From assembly GCA_028534125.1 (NCBI GenBank), contig CM052817.1:108812001-108876000 (forward strand): a stretch of 64,000 nt of DNA, read 5' to 3'. This document shows, one piece after another, positions 26,235 to 38,248 of the stretch (positions are counted from its first letter, which is position 1; each line of letters opens with the position of its first letter). The notes beneath the pieces were generated by a model. It was not told where the DNA came from. It searched no databases and saw only the letters and a program-made list of their open reading frames with translations. The translations under genes were made by a program, and so were the position numbers. The DNA is from Lama glama. Taxonomy: Eukaryota.

Positions 26235-26362
26235 GTTCAATAACAGTGTGTACAGCAAGACCCTGACCCGGCCAACAGAATCCTAAGCTCTGGGTGACGT
26301 CTAAGAATTTGCATTTCTAAAAATTTCCTCATGAGAGATAGACACGTGTTTGAGAAATACTT
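26235..26362. mobile_element. MER5-like hAT DNA transposon relic
   Basis: 'ctaagaatttgcatttctaaaaatttcctc...tttgagaaatact'. Confidence 0.55.
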
Positions 26363-27445
26363 GCAGAGTCAGGTAATTTACATAACTAGGAAATTGTCAT
26401 ATAAACAGATGGTCAAAGTATACTTGGTAATATGGAGTAAACGTTATAATAAATAGAATTCCTTTTTTGAAACATAATGCTATACTTTGGCACCAATGAA
26501 CTTGACATTTGGGAATAGAAGATTTGAGTTAAAAATGCATGCTGAAATTTGGAAATGCTTTATTGTTTTTCCTTTTCTAAACACCACCCTTCCATTCCAA
26601 GAATATAAAATATTTTGACATAAAATCGGTACGTAGGATAGTTTGGTTCAGCAATAAAGAATCACGGAACACTTATGGACAGAAGGTTGTTATACTGTAT
26701 TTTCCAATAACATAAATTTACACATGATGAGATAGCCTCACATAATCAAAAGCTTCAGTAAAATTACAGTTGAAATAAAGCCAGTATTTGAACCCAGACC
26801 CAGTGCTGTCTTTGCTGATCTCCATGGTCCTTCTACACTATTGAATGTTTCTACTTATTTTTGCTTCACATGGTGAATATCTCCTAGCCAGGTCATAGTT
26901 TGTGTTACTAATATGGACAAATATGACCTTGAATAATGTATAATCAAAGCTTTTTGAGGAGCGGGGTGGATGTGCAGTCGAATTTTCTCTGAACACAGTA
27001 GCACCTAAGAAATTCTAATTGAAGCCACTACTCAACTTCTATTGTGAACAAGAGAAAACACTAACAATAACGTAACTTTCCCCATGGATGTGAACCACAC
27101 AGGAAGGGGTTTCCTGAGAAGCAGTCAAATTCTTCCTCTTCTTTCTGTTCAAATTAGAAATTAAGTGCATGAGAAAAATGAAATTGAAACAAGACAGAGA
27201 GGGTCAATTTTCCACAAAGAAAGCCAGACCTACTTTCCACATTATTTTTATCTGGCAGAACAGATTTTCTGTGTGTGTGTGTGTTTTCTTAAAAATATGT
27301 GAAGAGTAAATCTTAGACCCTGACTTCCCAGGGTTAAATGAGAAATTAAACATGTGTTTCTCTTTGCTGATTTTTCAGGCCCTCCAAATTATTAGTGAAC
27401 ATGCACAAAACATCAGAAACAGACCAGTTGGGGCAATGGCATCGG

Positions 27446-27945
27446 NNNNNNNNNNNNNNNNNNNNNNNNNNNNNNNNNNNNNNNNNNNNNNNNNNNNNNN
27501 NNNNNNNNNNNNNNNNNNNNNNNNNNNNNNNNNNNNNNNNNNNNNNNNNNNNNNNNNNNNNNNNNNNNNNNNNNNNNNNNNNNNNNNNNNNNNNNNNNNN
27601 NNNNNNNNNNNNNNNNNNNNNNNNNNNNNNNNNNNNNNNNNNNNNNNNNNNNNNNNNNNNNNNNNNNNNNNNNNNNNNNNNNNNNNNNNNNNNNNNNNNN
27701 NNNNNNNNNNNNNNNNNNNNNNNNNNNNNNNNNNNNNNNNNNNNNNNNNNNNNNNNNNNNNNNNNNNNNNNNNNNNNNNNNNNNNNNNNNNNNNNNNNNN
27801 NNNNNNNNNNNNNNNNNNNNNNNNNNNNNNNNNNNNNNNNNNNNNNNNNNNNNNNNNNNNNNNNNNNNNNNNNNNNNNNNNNNNNNNNNNNNNNNNNNNN
27901 NNNNNNNNNNNNNNNNNNNNNNNNNNNNNNNNNNNNNNNNNNNNN
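27446..27945. other. Assembly gap (500 N)
   Basis: Run of exactly 500 N, probably a fixed-size scaffolding placeholder. Confidence 0.98.
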
Positions 27946-30900
27946 ATATATCGTTGTCATGATTTTTAGAAACTCTAGGGGGTCCGTGTCTTGTAGTGTG
28001 ACACATGAGATGTTATGAACAGAATTCTGGAAAGAATTTAATGTGGCACTGTCACTGTCTAACATTCCTGAATAAAGACAAAGTGGGGAAAGACTATTGT
28101 TCATGTCTCGGTGTCACCACGGATGACAGGACCAGGGACTAGGGTTACTTGTCTTCTCACTATGAGACTTAACACTACTTTTTGATGAAGTTTTGTGTCT
28201 CCTGCTTTTTTATATGTGAACTGTCATGTCTAATTGTCAACCTGCAAATGCACTATGACTTGTAACTATAGTCCCACAAATAAGATAAAAACATAGAGAT
28301 TTAGAAGAAATAGTACAGACTGTCTCCTTAAAGGGAATTTTCAATCAATTTCAAGAGGAAAAAACTCATTGATAAAAAAGGTAAAAAAAAAGAATAAAAA
28401 GCTGTAAAATAATGTAACAGCTATCATACATTAAATATAACATAATATAGATAACATATCATTCACATATGATTTTAGAAAGGGCAATCAATTTGGGTTG
28501 GAAATATATCCATTCATTTATTAATTCATTTATTTACTCACACTCCTTCCTCCAGAGTTACTGAAGTGATTTGTAGGTATTCATATGGTGTAAGTGGAAA
28601 AAGAGTCACAATGTTCACAATTGTCAAATGAACAGAGAAATTGTGTGAAGAGAACTATGACTACAAAAATTAATAATTTTAGAAATATGCATAACTTACA
28701 AATTGAGACTTCCACTTCCATTCATTTACATTAATAGCATGAAGTTAAACATTTAGCAATGAAGGTATTTAAAACAAAGCTGCTCACCATAGTAATGTCT
28801 TTACCACTGAACACAGCATGAATGCCCAGCTATATGGAAACACTTCCACTAAATGATGATACATTCATGTGATATGTTATTATTAAACCACTAAATGTCA
28901 TGTTTTCAAATAATGTTTAATGACACAAAAATACTCCTGTAATCTTAATTTTAAATATCATATAAAATTCTATTTTAGTACATTCCAAGTCTGATAGAAT
29001 AATTACAAAAACAAATTTATAAAAAACTAATGTAAATATATCCAATTATTTGAAGTGGTTATTTTGAATGCTTATTTCCAGGTAATTAAATTTGGGTTTT
29101 TTTCTATTTTTTCAATAATTTTTACAAGCGTTTTATTTTGTAGGATTGCTTTTTTGTGAGGTAAGATTGTATTTTTAGAGTGTAATACATGCAAAAATTA
29201 AGATATAAACATATATAATGTTAAGATGGGAAAACAGAGGCAGCAGAATTAATTAATCTATATATCAGTTTAGAGTATTAATTGGCATGCTTTGAAGTAT
29301 TTTGCAGCTGCTAAAATGGACTAACATTTTAGGCTCAGAGTTCCTGATAAGCAGATAAACTTAGTTAACCAAGTTAACCAGGTAAACACAAACACAAAAA
29401 TGTCTTATATAATTGGCAATTTTAATAAGTTAAAATCAAACGAGATGCTCGGAGTAAACACAACTGTCCCTTGTAATGGGGAGTAAGGGAATTTTGTTGG
29501 TCTTTACAAGAGGATACTGAATTACATTGTCAAACAATATAGATAGGAAGTCTTTGTTGAATGGGCAGGATTTCAACTAAACCTGGAGGTTTGAATACCT
29601 GAATAGGCAGAGAGGACCTGGATGGACACATTTCTAACAGAGAAAATGACAGGAACAAAGCTCTGAGGGATGAATGAGCCCAACAAGTTTCAGATTAAGA
29701 CAGAGCAGAGGGTTTGTACTGGAGAGACGTCGACAAGGGATGGCGTCCAAATCTCAACTACAAGACTCTTAAGGATAAAGATGAAGATGGAAAGAAGGAG
29801 AGAGGATACGTTAACTGCTGTTGGGGAGAAAGAGTCCACACCATTGTCTTAAAACACTGATTATACTTAGAAGGACGGAAATACACAAACAAAATTCAAT
29901 TCTGTGTATTTAGAAGGAAAACCTTATAACATCATCTGATAATAGCTGCTCTTTATTGACGTTTTAGGGAATGCTGGAAGTTTCCTGGCCTATAAAATCA
30001 GAAAGCTCTTGGCAATTTTATTTTTCCCAGATAAAGATTTCATATGAGAACTAGAGACACTCTATTATTCCTAGAAGAACATGTGGTACATTCAGGCATT
30101 ATGTAAAATTCTGAAGACACATAGAATTGCATTTACCTGTGTTGAAGTTATCTTTAGTTGGCAAACTTCTGGATGTACTCAATTTTTATCATCAGAGGAG
30201 GTACCCTTATAATACTGCTATAACTGCCATATTGGTTACAAACTAATTACCAGTGTGGACTGGCCATTTACTGCTTTAAATGTGGACTTCATAATGTGGA
30301 GTAGCAGTCTTAATCACCTTCTAAGTTTATAGAAAGGCTTTCCTGCAAGGCGAATATTTTCTGTTTACTACATGTAACTTCTATCCAAACAATATAGTCT
30401 ACTTATACCTTTCACATTATCCTCCAACCTTTCAAACGGGAGTAATTCGAAGGAACTTTAAACCAAGTGTTCCTGTTCTGACTTACATGACAATTCTTTA
30501 CATGGCAGGAAAAAAATTCTCTTGGACTTAGAATCTGACATGTTCTATTTAGTTTCTCCATGTAAGACTCAAAAAAACTCTACTCCTGCCTATACATATG
30601 TTGCAGGATTAACTGCCTGCTCTTACCGTGATGATAGAAAGACACTGAGGACAAGAAAGAAACCAAAGTTCTGACCTGACAGGCGGATTGCTTTCAAGTA
30701 AGAAAACTAAACACCTGTCCAATGAAAATGTAAGAAAATGTATTATGTAAGGTATTCCTAGTAACAAAAACGTGATAGTTTAGTATTTAGCTTTTCATCT
30801 TAACTTTCTAAGTGCCTAAAAAATGGAAACAAAAGAGCTGAGAGCTGTGTGCAAACCTGGGACACCTGGAGAAATGGGTGCAATCTGAGTTTTGTAAGAT

Positions 30901-31019
30901 ACTGTATGCTCTTCGAATTTAGAATTTTAATGACTTTTACTTGCTAAATGTTTGGATTTCCTGGATAATATTTCAAAAATCAATCTAGATATTATTAATT
31001 CTAAATAATAGTGCCATCA

Positions 31020-31862
31020 CACCAGGACATACCATGATAAAGCTTTTGAAAAGTCAAGAAAATAAATAACCTTAAAAACAACAGGAGAGAAAATATAACT
31101 TATATATAGAAAAGAAAACAATTCAAATGACAGCATCTTTTTCATCAGAAAGCCAGGGAGAGAAACCAAGAAAGAGTTAGCAAAACGTCTGTCAAATGCT
31201 GAAAGAAAGGAATTATCAGCCCTGAATTTTATATCCAGCAAAAATATCTTTCAGAAAAGAAGAGGAGTTTTGACATTCTCAGATGAAGAAAACCTAAGAG
31301 AATCTGTTACTCGTAGACCTACCCTAGAAGAATAGCAAAAGGAAATTTTATTAAAGAGAAAGAAAATTATAAAAGGAAACATCTTGAAACATCAGGAAAG
31401 AAGAAAGACTAACAAAGTTAATGTAAATGCACTAGGTTTTCCTTCTCTTCTCGATTGTTTTAAAATGTTTGACAGAGCAAAAGCATAGTGTTGTCTGATG
31501 TGGATGCCAGCATATGTAGAGGGATATTTAAGACAAATAGACACAGTGAAGACTAAGGACCTTAAAAGGAGGTAAAATTTCTATACTTCAAGTGAATTGG
31601 TGAAATATTAATGCCAGAAGACCTTGGCCGTGATGAAATAGTTCTGAATCTTGATGGAGGTGGTGGTTAGAAGAATCCATACAAATGTGTTGAAGAAGTG
31701 GAAAACTATTCACACACACTGTACCCATGGAAATGCCTGGTTTTGATTTTGATGCTACTTACACAACACGCAGTCATGAGGCTCTGGGAAGGGCACATGG
31801 AACTTCTATCCACTATCTTTGCAACTTCCCATAAATCTGTATTTATTTCAAAATGAAAAGTT

Positions 31863-31866
<4 letters not shown>
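31020..31866 (+). mobile_element. Old L1M (L1MC-like): ORF1 3' half and inter-ORF region joined to 3' UTR
   Basis: ORF1-like 'gaattttatatccagcaaaaatatctttcag...gacattctcagatgaagaaaacctaagagaat...agacctaccctag'; L1MC-type tail 'ctatctttgcaacttcccataaatctgtatttatttcaaaatgaaaagtt'. Confidence 0.8.

Positions 31867-31904
<38 letters not shown>
31866..31904. repeat. (CA)n microsatellite
   Basis: About 19 perfect units. Confidence 0.97.
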
Positions 31905-31908
<4 letters not shown>

Positions 31909-32289
31909 CTTGGAAAAACAAAGAGCATTGTTTTGAAAGCCTAGCTTCTTACCGTACAAACTCTTAAACTTTGATTCCGTTAAGAATGATCTTTGACTTT
32001 GAATTTGCAAATGATTGAGACTCCATGAATAGGCTTAAAAAATCATTATCCAACCAACCTGTAAGTCCAAAAATATGTCAAAAAAATCGATTCCCAAAAA
32101 ATGTCTGAGTTACACCTTTCAAATTATTTTGAAATGGGTGTTCAAGCATAAGTCAATTGAAGGAAACAACCATCCACACACACATAGACAGGAGCTAAAC
32201 CAAAGGGACTATGATTCATTGTTTAAGGGGAAAAAAATCTCTAGTTTTGAAATATGAAAAATCAAGACCTGTTTTGCTTTTATAAATTT

Positions 32290-32512
32290 TTGATTTTGAA
32301 ATAATTCTAGATTCACAGGAGTTCGCTCAACACTGTAGAGACAGGTCTCCCCCGTCACTGCGTCTTCCAAGGGCGATCTCTCACACAACCATGGTGTCCT
32401 GTCACAACCAAGACCCTGACTGTGGTGGTCCAGACCTCAGCCGCTGTGTGGGACCTGCGTGTCAGTTTCACTACACATGTAGCCTCACATGACCACCTCC
32501 AGGGTGAGGACA
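32290..32512 (-). mobile_element. L1MC-type 3' end fragment
   Basis: 'ttttgaaataattctagattcacaggagtt' start and 'acacatgtagcctcacatgaccacc' layout. Confidence 0.6.
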
Positions 32513-34082
32513 GTTGGGGCTAGGAGTGGGTGTGGCCTATGGAAAGGGGTAAAAAGGGTCTTGGGCTGAATTGCTTTTTACTATCAATCGTAGAATTTGG
32601 TTCTACTTAAGGTCTTGAAAACATATTTAGAGTAAGTTTTTGCTGTTGCCCCTGAGGTGAAATTCTCCGTGAATAAAGTCAAACTAAACAAGCAAGAAGA
32701 CAGCAACTTTAAAAGGCTAATTTATTAAAACCACAGTCTACCAGCCTCTCTTCAGATTGTCTTACCATTTAAATCAAAGTGTCTGGGAGGGAAAGTATTT
32801 GACCACAAATAGAATTCAAATGCCCTCTTGTGTTTCTTCACCTTATTAATTGCTTTAACATCCAAGTGTCTGCATTTACTGGCATAGAAAGATTCTGTTA
32901 TTTATTGCCACTTATTGTGGGAGACCTTTGTTCTTTGTGTTTTTCAGTTCTGTTATTCTTAAGAGCCAGGACTCGGACAGCTGCGGCCAGCCCTGTGCGG
33001 TTTGTTTGAAACAATAGGGAGAATCTCCTAGCAACCTCACATCCAGCTTCTGGTACCCTCCTGGAGATCACATTCCACACACAGCCTGCGCATCTCCACA
33101 GCTCACAGAGAGACAGTACACTCACACACACACAGAGTAACCCAAACTAGACTGACCTTCACCTTCCCAAAATAAATGGCCCCACTTTTCACATCCAGCG
33201 CATTTGTCCAACGTGCAGAGCAGAGCTGGGTTGTTAACTCTGAAGCGCTTACAGAGATTTACAGTAATTAATTCCTTTACCTTCCCCTCCAATTGTGAAA
33301 GGTGTGCTTTTTAAAAATGTGGCTGTGCAGCCTCCAATGCTAAAATGGAAAAAAAATGCCCCTTACACTTTACTAAATATGTCCTGCCTGATAACTAGTG
33401 ATATGAACGGAGTTGCAGGAATCCAGGTTCGTTTGGAGCCAGTTTCCGAGCAAGGCGGAGGAATGGAACCAGTGTTGTTTGAATCGCGGTGACACCCAGG
33501 ACGTCAGGCTGCTCCTGGGGTACTTCCCTCCCCTCTACTCCCGTTAATCAAGGGAGTGTGGTGGACAGTTGGGATGTTACCGGACTCCGTGAGACACACT
33601 AACGGTATCAAACAGTGAGAAGGCTAGATTTCAACTCCGGGACTGTGTTTGTTTGGTTTTCCGGATCCAGATTGATTTAGGCAATCACTTAATTTCTTTA
33701 TATTTGTATCCTCATCTGTGTAACGGAAACTTACACCAAATGATCACTAAGGTCCTGTCTCAGCTTAACATCCTATGACTGCATACATGGCGTTGGCTTT
33801 CCACAAGACTGTTTCATACAGAAAATTGAGAAAGAGGAAGTGGTGACGGTAGATAGTCTTTCCTCTCTCGTTAACTATGCCATTAGACCAAACGGTGCTG
33901 TCTGTAAACCTAGGAGAAAAAGGTGAATCAGCTGACCACAAATACCTGCCTAAGCCTGGTAAGATGTCAGGAGTACAGCTAAGTTCAACTATTCCATGTA
34001 GTAATAAAAAGCTCTATCTGGAGCCTTTTGCAAGTTGGGGAATGATTTAGGGTCAAAGCAGAAAAAGAGAGAAATTCTAACG

Positions 34083-34548
34083 CAGAGGTCTCTAACTACA
34101 GCCTGTGGACCAAACCCAGCCGACTACTTAATTTTGTAAGCAAAGCGGGTGGGAAGGGATAAATTTGGGAGTTTGAGATTTGCAACGGTTAACTACTATA
34201 TATAAAAATCGATTAAAAATGAGTTTCTTCTGTATAGCACAAGGAACTATGTTCAGTGTCTTGTAATAATCTTTGATGAAAAGGATGTGAAGGCGTATGT
34301 ATGTATGTTTGTATGTGCATGACTGGGATGGTGTGCTGTACACCAGAAACTGACACATTGTGACTGACTACACTTCAATTTAAAAAAAAAGATGTGCTGG
34401 AACACGGCTTCCCCATTTTCTTGCGTATACTCTACAGCTGCTTTTCCTGCTACAATGGCAGAGTTAAGTAGTTGTGACAGAAGTCAGATGTTACACAAAG
34501 CCGAAATATGTCCTATTTGGCCCTTTGCAGAAAAGTGTGTGGATTCTG
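34083..34548 (+). mobile_element. MER58A-like hAT element interrupted by an L1
   Basis: 'cagaggtctctaactacagcctgtggaccaaa...ttttgtaa' and 'ctacaatggcagagttaagtagttgtgacaga...tggccctttgcagaaaag'. Confidence 0.85.
34146..34390 (+). mobile_element. Young LINE-1 3' UTR fragment
   Basis: Closely similar to 13510-13745 ('gggaagggataaatttgggagtttgag...gactacacttcaatttaaaaaaaa'). Confidence 0.93.
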
Positions 34549-36196
34549 CTGTAGTGTATGAGAACTTGGCTGTGTTTGTATATTTAGAGCTGAAATCAGT
34601 CAACTCAACCAGGTTATGTGCCTGTCAATGAAAGAGAAAATTTTGTAGATATTAAATTGTAGAATTCAACGTTCTAGATATTCTACTGTTTCAACAGAGC
34701 AAATAGTCAAAAAGAAATTAAAGGCTGAACTGGGTTGACAAGAACTGATGCCTTTATCCTTAACTTTTCAAAATGGGCAGTATTGCCGTTAGGTCTTCTC
34801 ATATATATTTACAGCTGAATATTCAAAAACTGTTTGGAAGCATCAAGGTTACCACGTTTGAAATGTAGTATCTGTTCCAGAGACATTATGTGAAAATTTG
34901 GAGCCCCTCCAAGAGAAAAAACTCCGCAGCAGTCACCCCCGCGGAAAATGTGGAATTCAGAGACCTGGGTTATATCAATATCACTGACGTTGATCAAATT
35001 TACTGTCATGATTGTGAGTTTTTACATCAGCAAGGTGAAGCTGATCCTTCCACATTGTGATACACTTGACCTCCACCTTGCCACGATCAGCTCCGTGTTG
35101 TGTGATTTCTTAATCGTATGTTACTCCCTGAAGAATCTTTAAAAGAGAAATACAGAAAAATGTTAAAGCAATGGGAAAAGTAATGCTTATCATTTATATT
35201 TCTTCCTCATTTTTAATCCCTTCTACCTCACACCCTACGTAGCAAAATACACGGAGGTAGACTTTTATCTGGCTAGGATGTTCCTCAACACGCAGGTGAT
35301 TTTCACTCTAATAGAATGTACAATGTAGGTTAATAGCTCATCTCCTGATGTTCTGGGAAGAATCTTGTAATGGAAACGGTCATCACTGCATAGTAGATAC
35401 AACCAGTTCCATCACTGTGGACTCAGAAAACAAAACTCTGCTTTCTGTTGAAACATTTGATGAACGTAGCAGAGTGGATCGTATTCACCACGTTTCCTAC
35501 CAGCTGGCCCCCGTGCGGGCTCTCCTGGGCTGGCCAGTCACCGCCCACGTTGCCTGTCGCCTTGACGAGTGATGCTGTGATGCAGGCTGACAGCAAGAAC
35601 ACAGTGAGGAGCTGGTCCAGAGGGGAGGAGGGGTCGAGGCAGAGGAAGGAAACCATCAGTGGAAGGAGCAGCGTCCGACTCCACATGTTGAGAGGGACTG
35701 CAGAAGAGGCGAGGACTTTTATCTACTCCCATGTTATGGTCAACATATGAAAATGCACTTGATTAAAGTGATGGGGAAATGGACGTTCACCAGCAGGAAA
35801 ATTAAAGCAAGAAAGAGATGCATGGATTTTGCACAATGATGTATATCCAGTTACCACCCGCATTTGGCAATGATAAGATTTATTTACTCGGCTCTGACCT
35901 TTTATGCATTCTTTTGCCTCGTTGCTAGTCACATGTGCTGCTTCTGCCTCTAAATGTTGAGCTACTGTGACAGTGGAAGCCGTGAATCTAATGACCTGCT
36001 GCTGCACAAGTTGGGTCCACAGAGTCTCTGTGATGGTCGAGTTCTCGGCTCTTCTCAAAGCAGCCGAGTCACCTGGAGACGGGGTCCTGAGTCTCAGGCC
36101 CTCACCTTTGGATCTGCTCCCTGCAGCGACATCCTTCGGTTTTGATTCTGCCCAACCATGCAGATTCTTCCATGCTGCCCTCAGTGTTTTGCTTTT

Positions 36197-36229
36197 TGCT
36201 GCCATCTACTGGCGAAACCAACGACTGTA
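36197..36229 (-). promoter_or_regulatory. Candidate CTCF binding site (core plus upstream motif)
   Basis: Minus strand TACAGT-N11-CCAGTAGATGGCAGCA matches the CCASYAGRKGGCRS core. Confidence 0.65.
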
Positions 36230-36609
36230 CCTCAGACCCTCCGGACAACTTGAAACTGCTCTGCTCACTGGACCTCATGCATTTTATTACCAGACTTGAG
36301 TCAGCACACCCAGATCTGCCCTGCCCCAGTTGGAAGTTCTGCTCCCCTGCCTCCGTTGCCTGATTGTGCTGCAGGTAGCCCGAGAAAAGGACCCTAGAGA
36401 TCAGTGAGATGTAAATGCCACTGTCCACAAGGGTTTGTTTTCTGTTAGTTTTACTGAAAGTGCATTTTTCCATGTGTGTTTTGCCACATTCTCAGAGACC
36501 TGTCTGTCTGGCTACAGAACGCGCACTGGTGACAGAGGCTCATGTTAGTGAAGAGGCCAGTCTCTTTACAGAGTCCAGATCGAAGCAGCAAGTTCACACG
36601 GGCATCCCC

Positions 36610-36790
36610 ATCAGACACACTTGAGATTTAACTCTGGCGCCACCATAATAAGCAGCGTTACTGAGAAACAGTTACTCAAGTAATTCTAAGTCTCAGGTCC
36701 CTGACTTTAAAATTGTGGTGACACTACTGTCATCCTGATGCAGGTTATGAAGAATAAGAAAATAATGCATGAATGTACTTACCCCAGGGC
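36610..36790 (+). mobile_element. MIR SINE
   Basis: 'gtctcaggtccctgactttaaaattgtgg...ggttatgaagaataagaaaataatgcatgaa'. Confidence 0.6.
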
Positions 36791-37867
36791 CAGGGCCCCA
36801 GACCTCAGCCGTAGGAGGACTGACTGCTGTCCTGGGCCACATACACCAAAGGCAGAATCCTTAGGTCAAATTATGGTGAAACTGAATGAAAACACCCCCT
36901 TCCTCTTTTTCTAAAACACAGTTCTGGTCTATGACATCATCTTCATGTTATCTCTTCCCTGCCGACCAGAATTCTTTGTCCACAGAGGATGAGTCACACA
37001 TATCACAGCCCCACTGGACACCAGCCGGAGGGAAACCCAGGATGCAAAAGGAAGATGGAAGGAACATTTGTGTTCTCTGATGCAGAGGGAACAAGCATGT
37101 CTTTTTGTTTTTTAACCATAAATATGCAATTTAAAAGAACTTGCATTTCAGTGATTTATACTATACCTTCTGCTTTTAATTTCAAGGTTTCAGGAAACTG
37201 AAATGTTTAAATCATCAGAAGAGACATAGCTGATCAAGTTGAAAGAAGCCAGTTGCTAAGAGAGGTTCATTAATGGACTCTTAACCCAGTGACATTTGTC
37301 AGCAATGTTGTTCTGCATCTGTGGCAAACTTACCGCTAAAAGCACTCAATACATAGCGTGTATGTATAATTGGAAAAGAAATGCGGGCCTATTTAATTGG
37401 GTTCTGGTGCATTTATCCTGCCTGTGCCCTCGCTGAAGCTCGTCCTGAACATTTGCTCACTTGAACCATGACCGACTTCATGTAAAGCAGATTGATTTGT
37501 TCTTACAGCCTCAGTACATTCATAAAATTGCCTAACAAAAATAGCAAGGTAGCAAGTCCTACTCAGATGCCTTGGACTTAGCATTTACTGGCATTTGTTT
37601 TTCTGAATGTAAAAAAAAAAAATGTTTTTAAAAACCTGAAGTTCAAGGCTGCAAATTAAGGAAAACTTCCCATGTTAAGGATAGTGTTTGCCTTGCAATT
37701 TGAAATTTTTAAGACCCATTCACCCAATCATTTTTAGAATCGGTGAAAATTCTGTTGATAGGTTACAGCCTTTCCGTGGGAATGAAAGTTAATAGAACTT
37801 ATTAGTGTGTAGCAATGAAAGCACAACAAAATCTTGATTTCCATTCTGTGAAATGCTTCAATCCTAA

Positions 37868-38248
37868 TGTCCTACTCTGCTCAGGCTGCTGTAAGGAAAT
37901 ATCAGGGACTGTTTCTTTAAGCAAACAATGGAAACTTATTTCTCACAGTTCTGGAGGCTGGGAAGCTAAGACCAAGCTGCAGCCGACGCAGTTCCTGGCG
38001 AGGGCCCTGCCCTGGGCTTGCAGACGGCCTCCTTCTTGCTCTGTGTCCACATCAAGGGCAGAGAGAGAAAGAAGGAGCTCTAGGGGGCTCTTCTTATAAG
38101 GACACTAATCCTACCAGAGTAGGGCCCCATCCTTTTGACCTTATTTAACCTCAGTTACTTCCTATGTGTCCTGTCTCCAACTATTGTCACACTGGGGTTC
38201 AGGGCTCTCAGTAGATGAATTTTGGGGGTGCAAAACCAGTCTGTGACA
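37868..38248 (-). mobile_element. MLT1A-type MaLR solo LTR
   Basis: 'ctcaggctgctgtaa...aaacttatttctcacagttctggaggctgggaag...cttataaggacactaatcc...atgaattttggggg'. Confidence 0.92.

Noticed and set aside
27346..28104. Longest ORFs in the track (197-252 aa)
   Set aside because: Artefacts of translating through 500 N.
35348..36473. Cluster of overlapping 60-160 aa ORFs on both strands
   Set aside because: No recognisable homology or exon structure; consistent with chance in moderately GC-rich DNA. A BLASTX would settle it.
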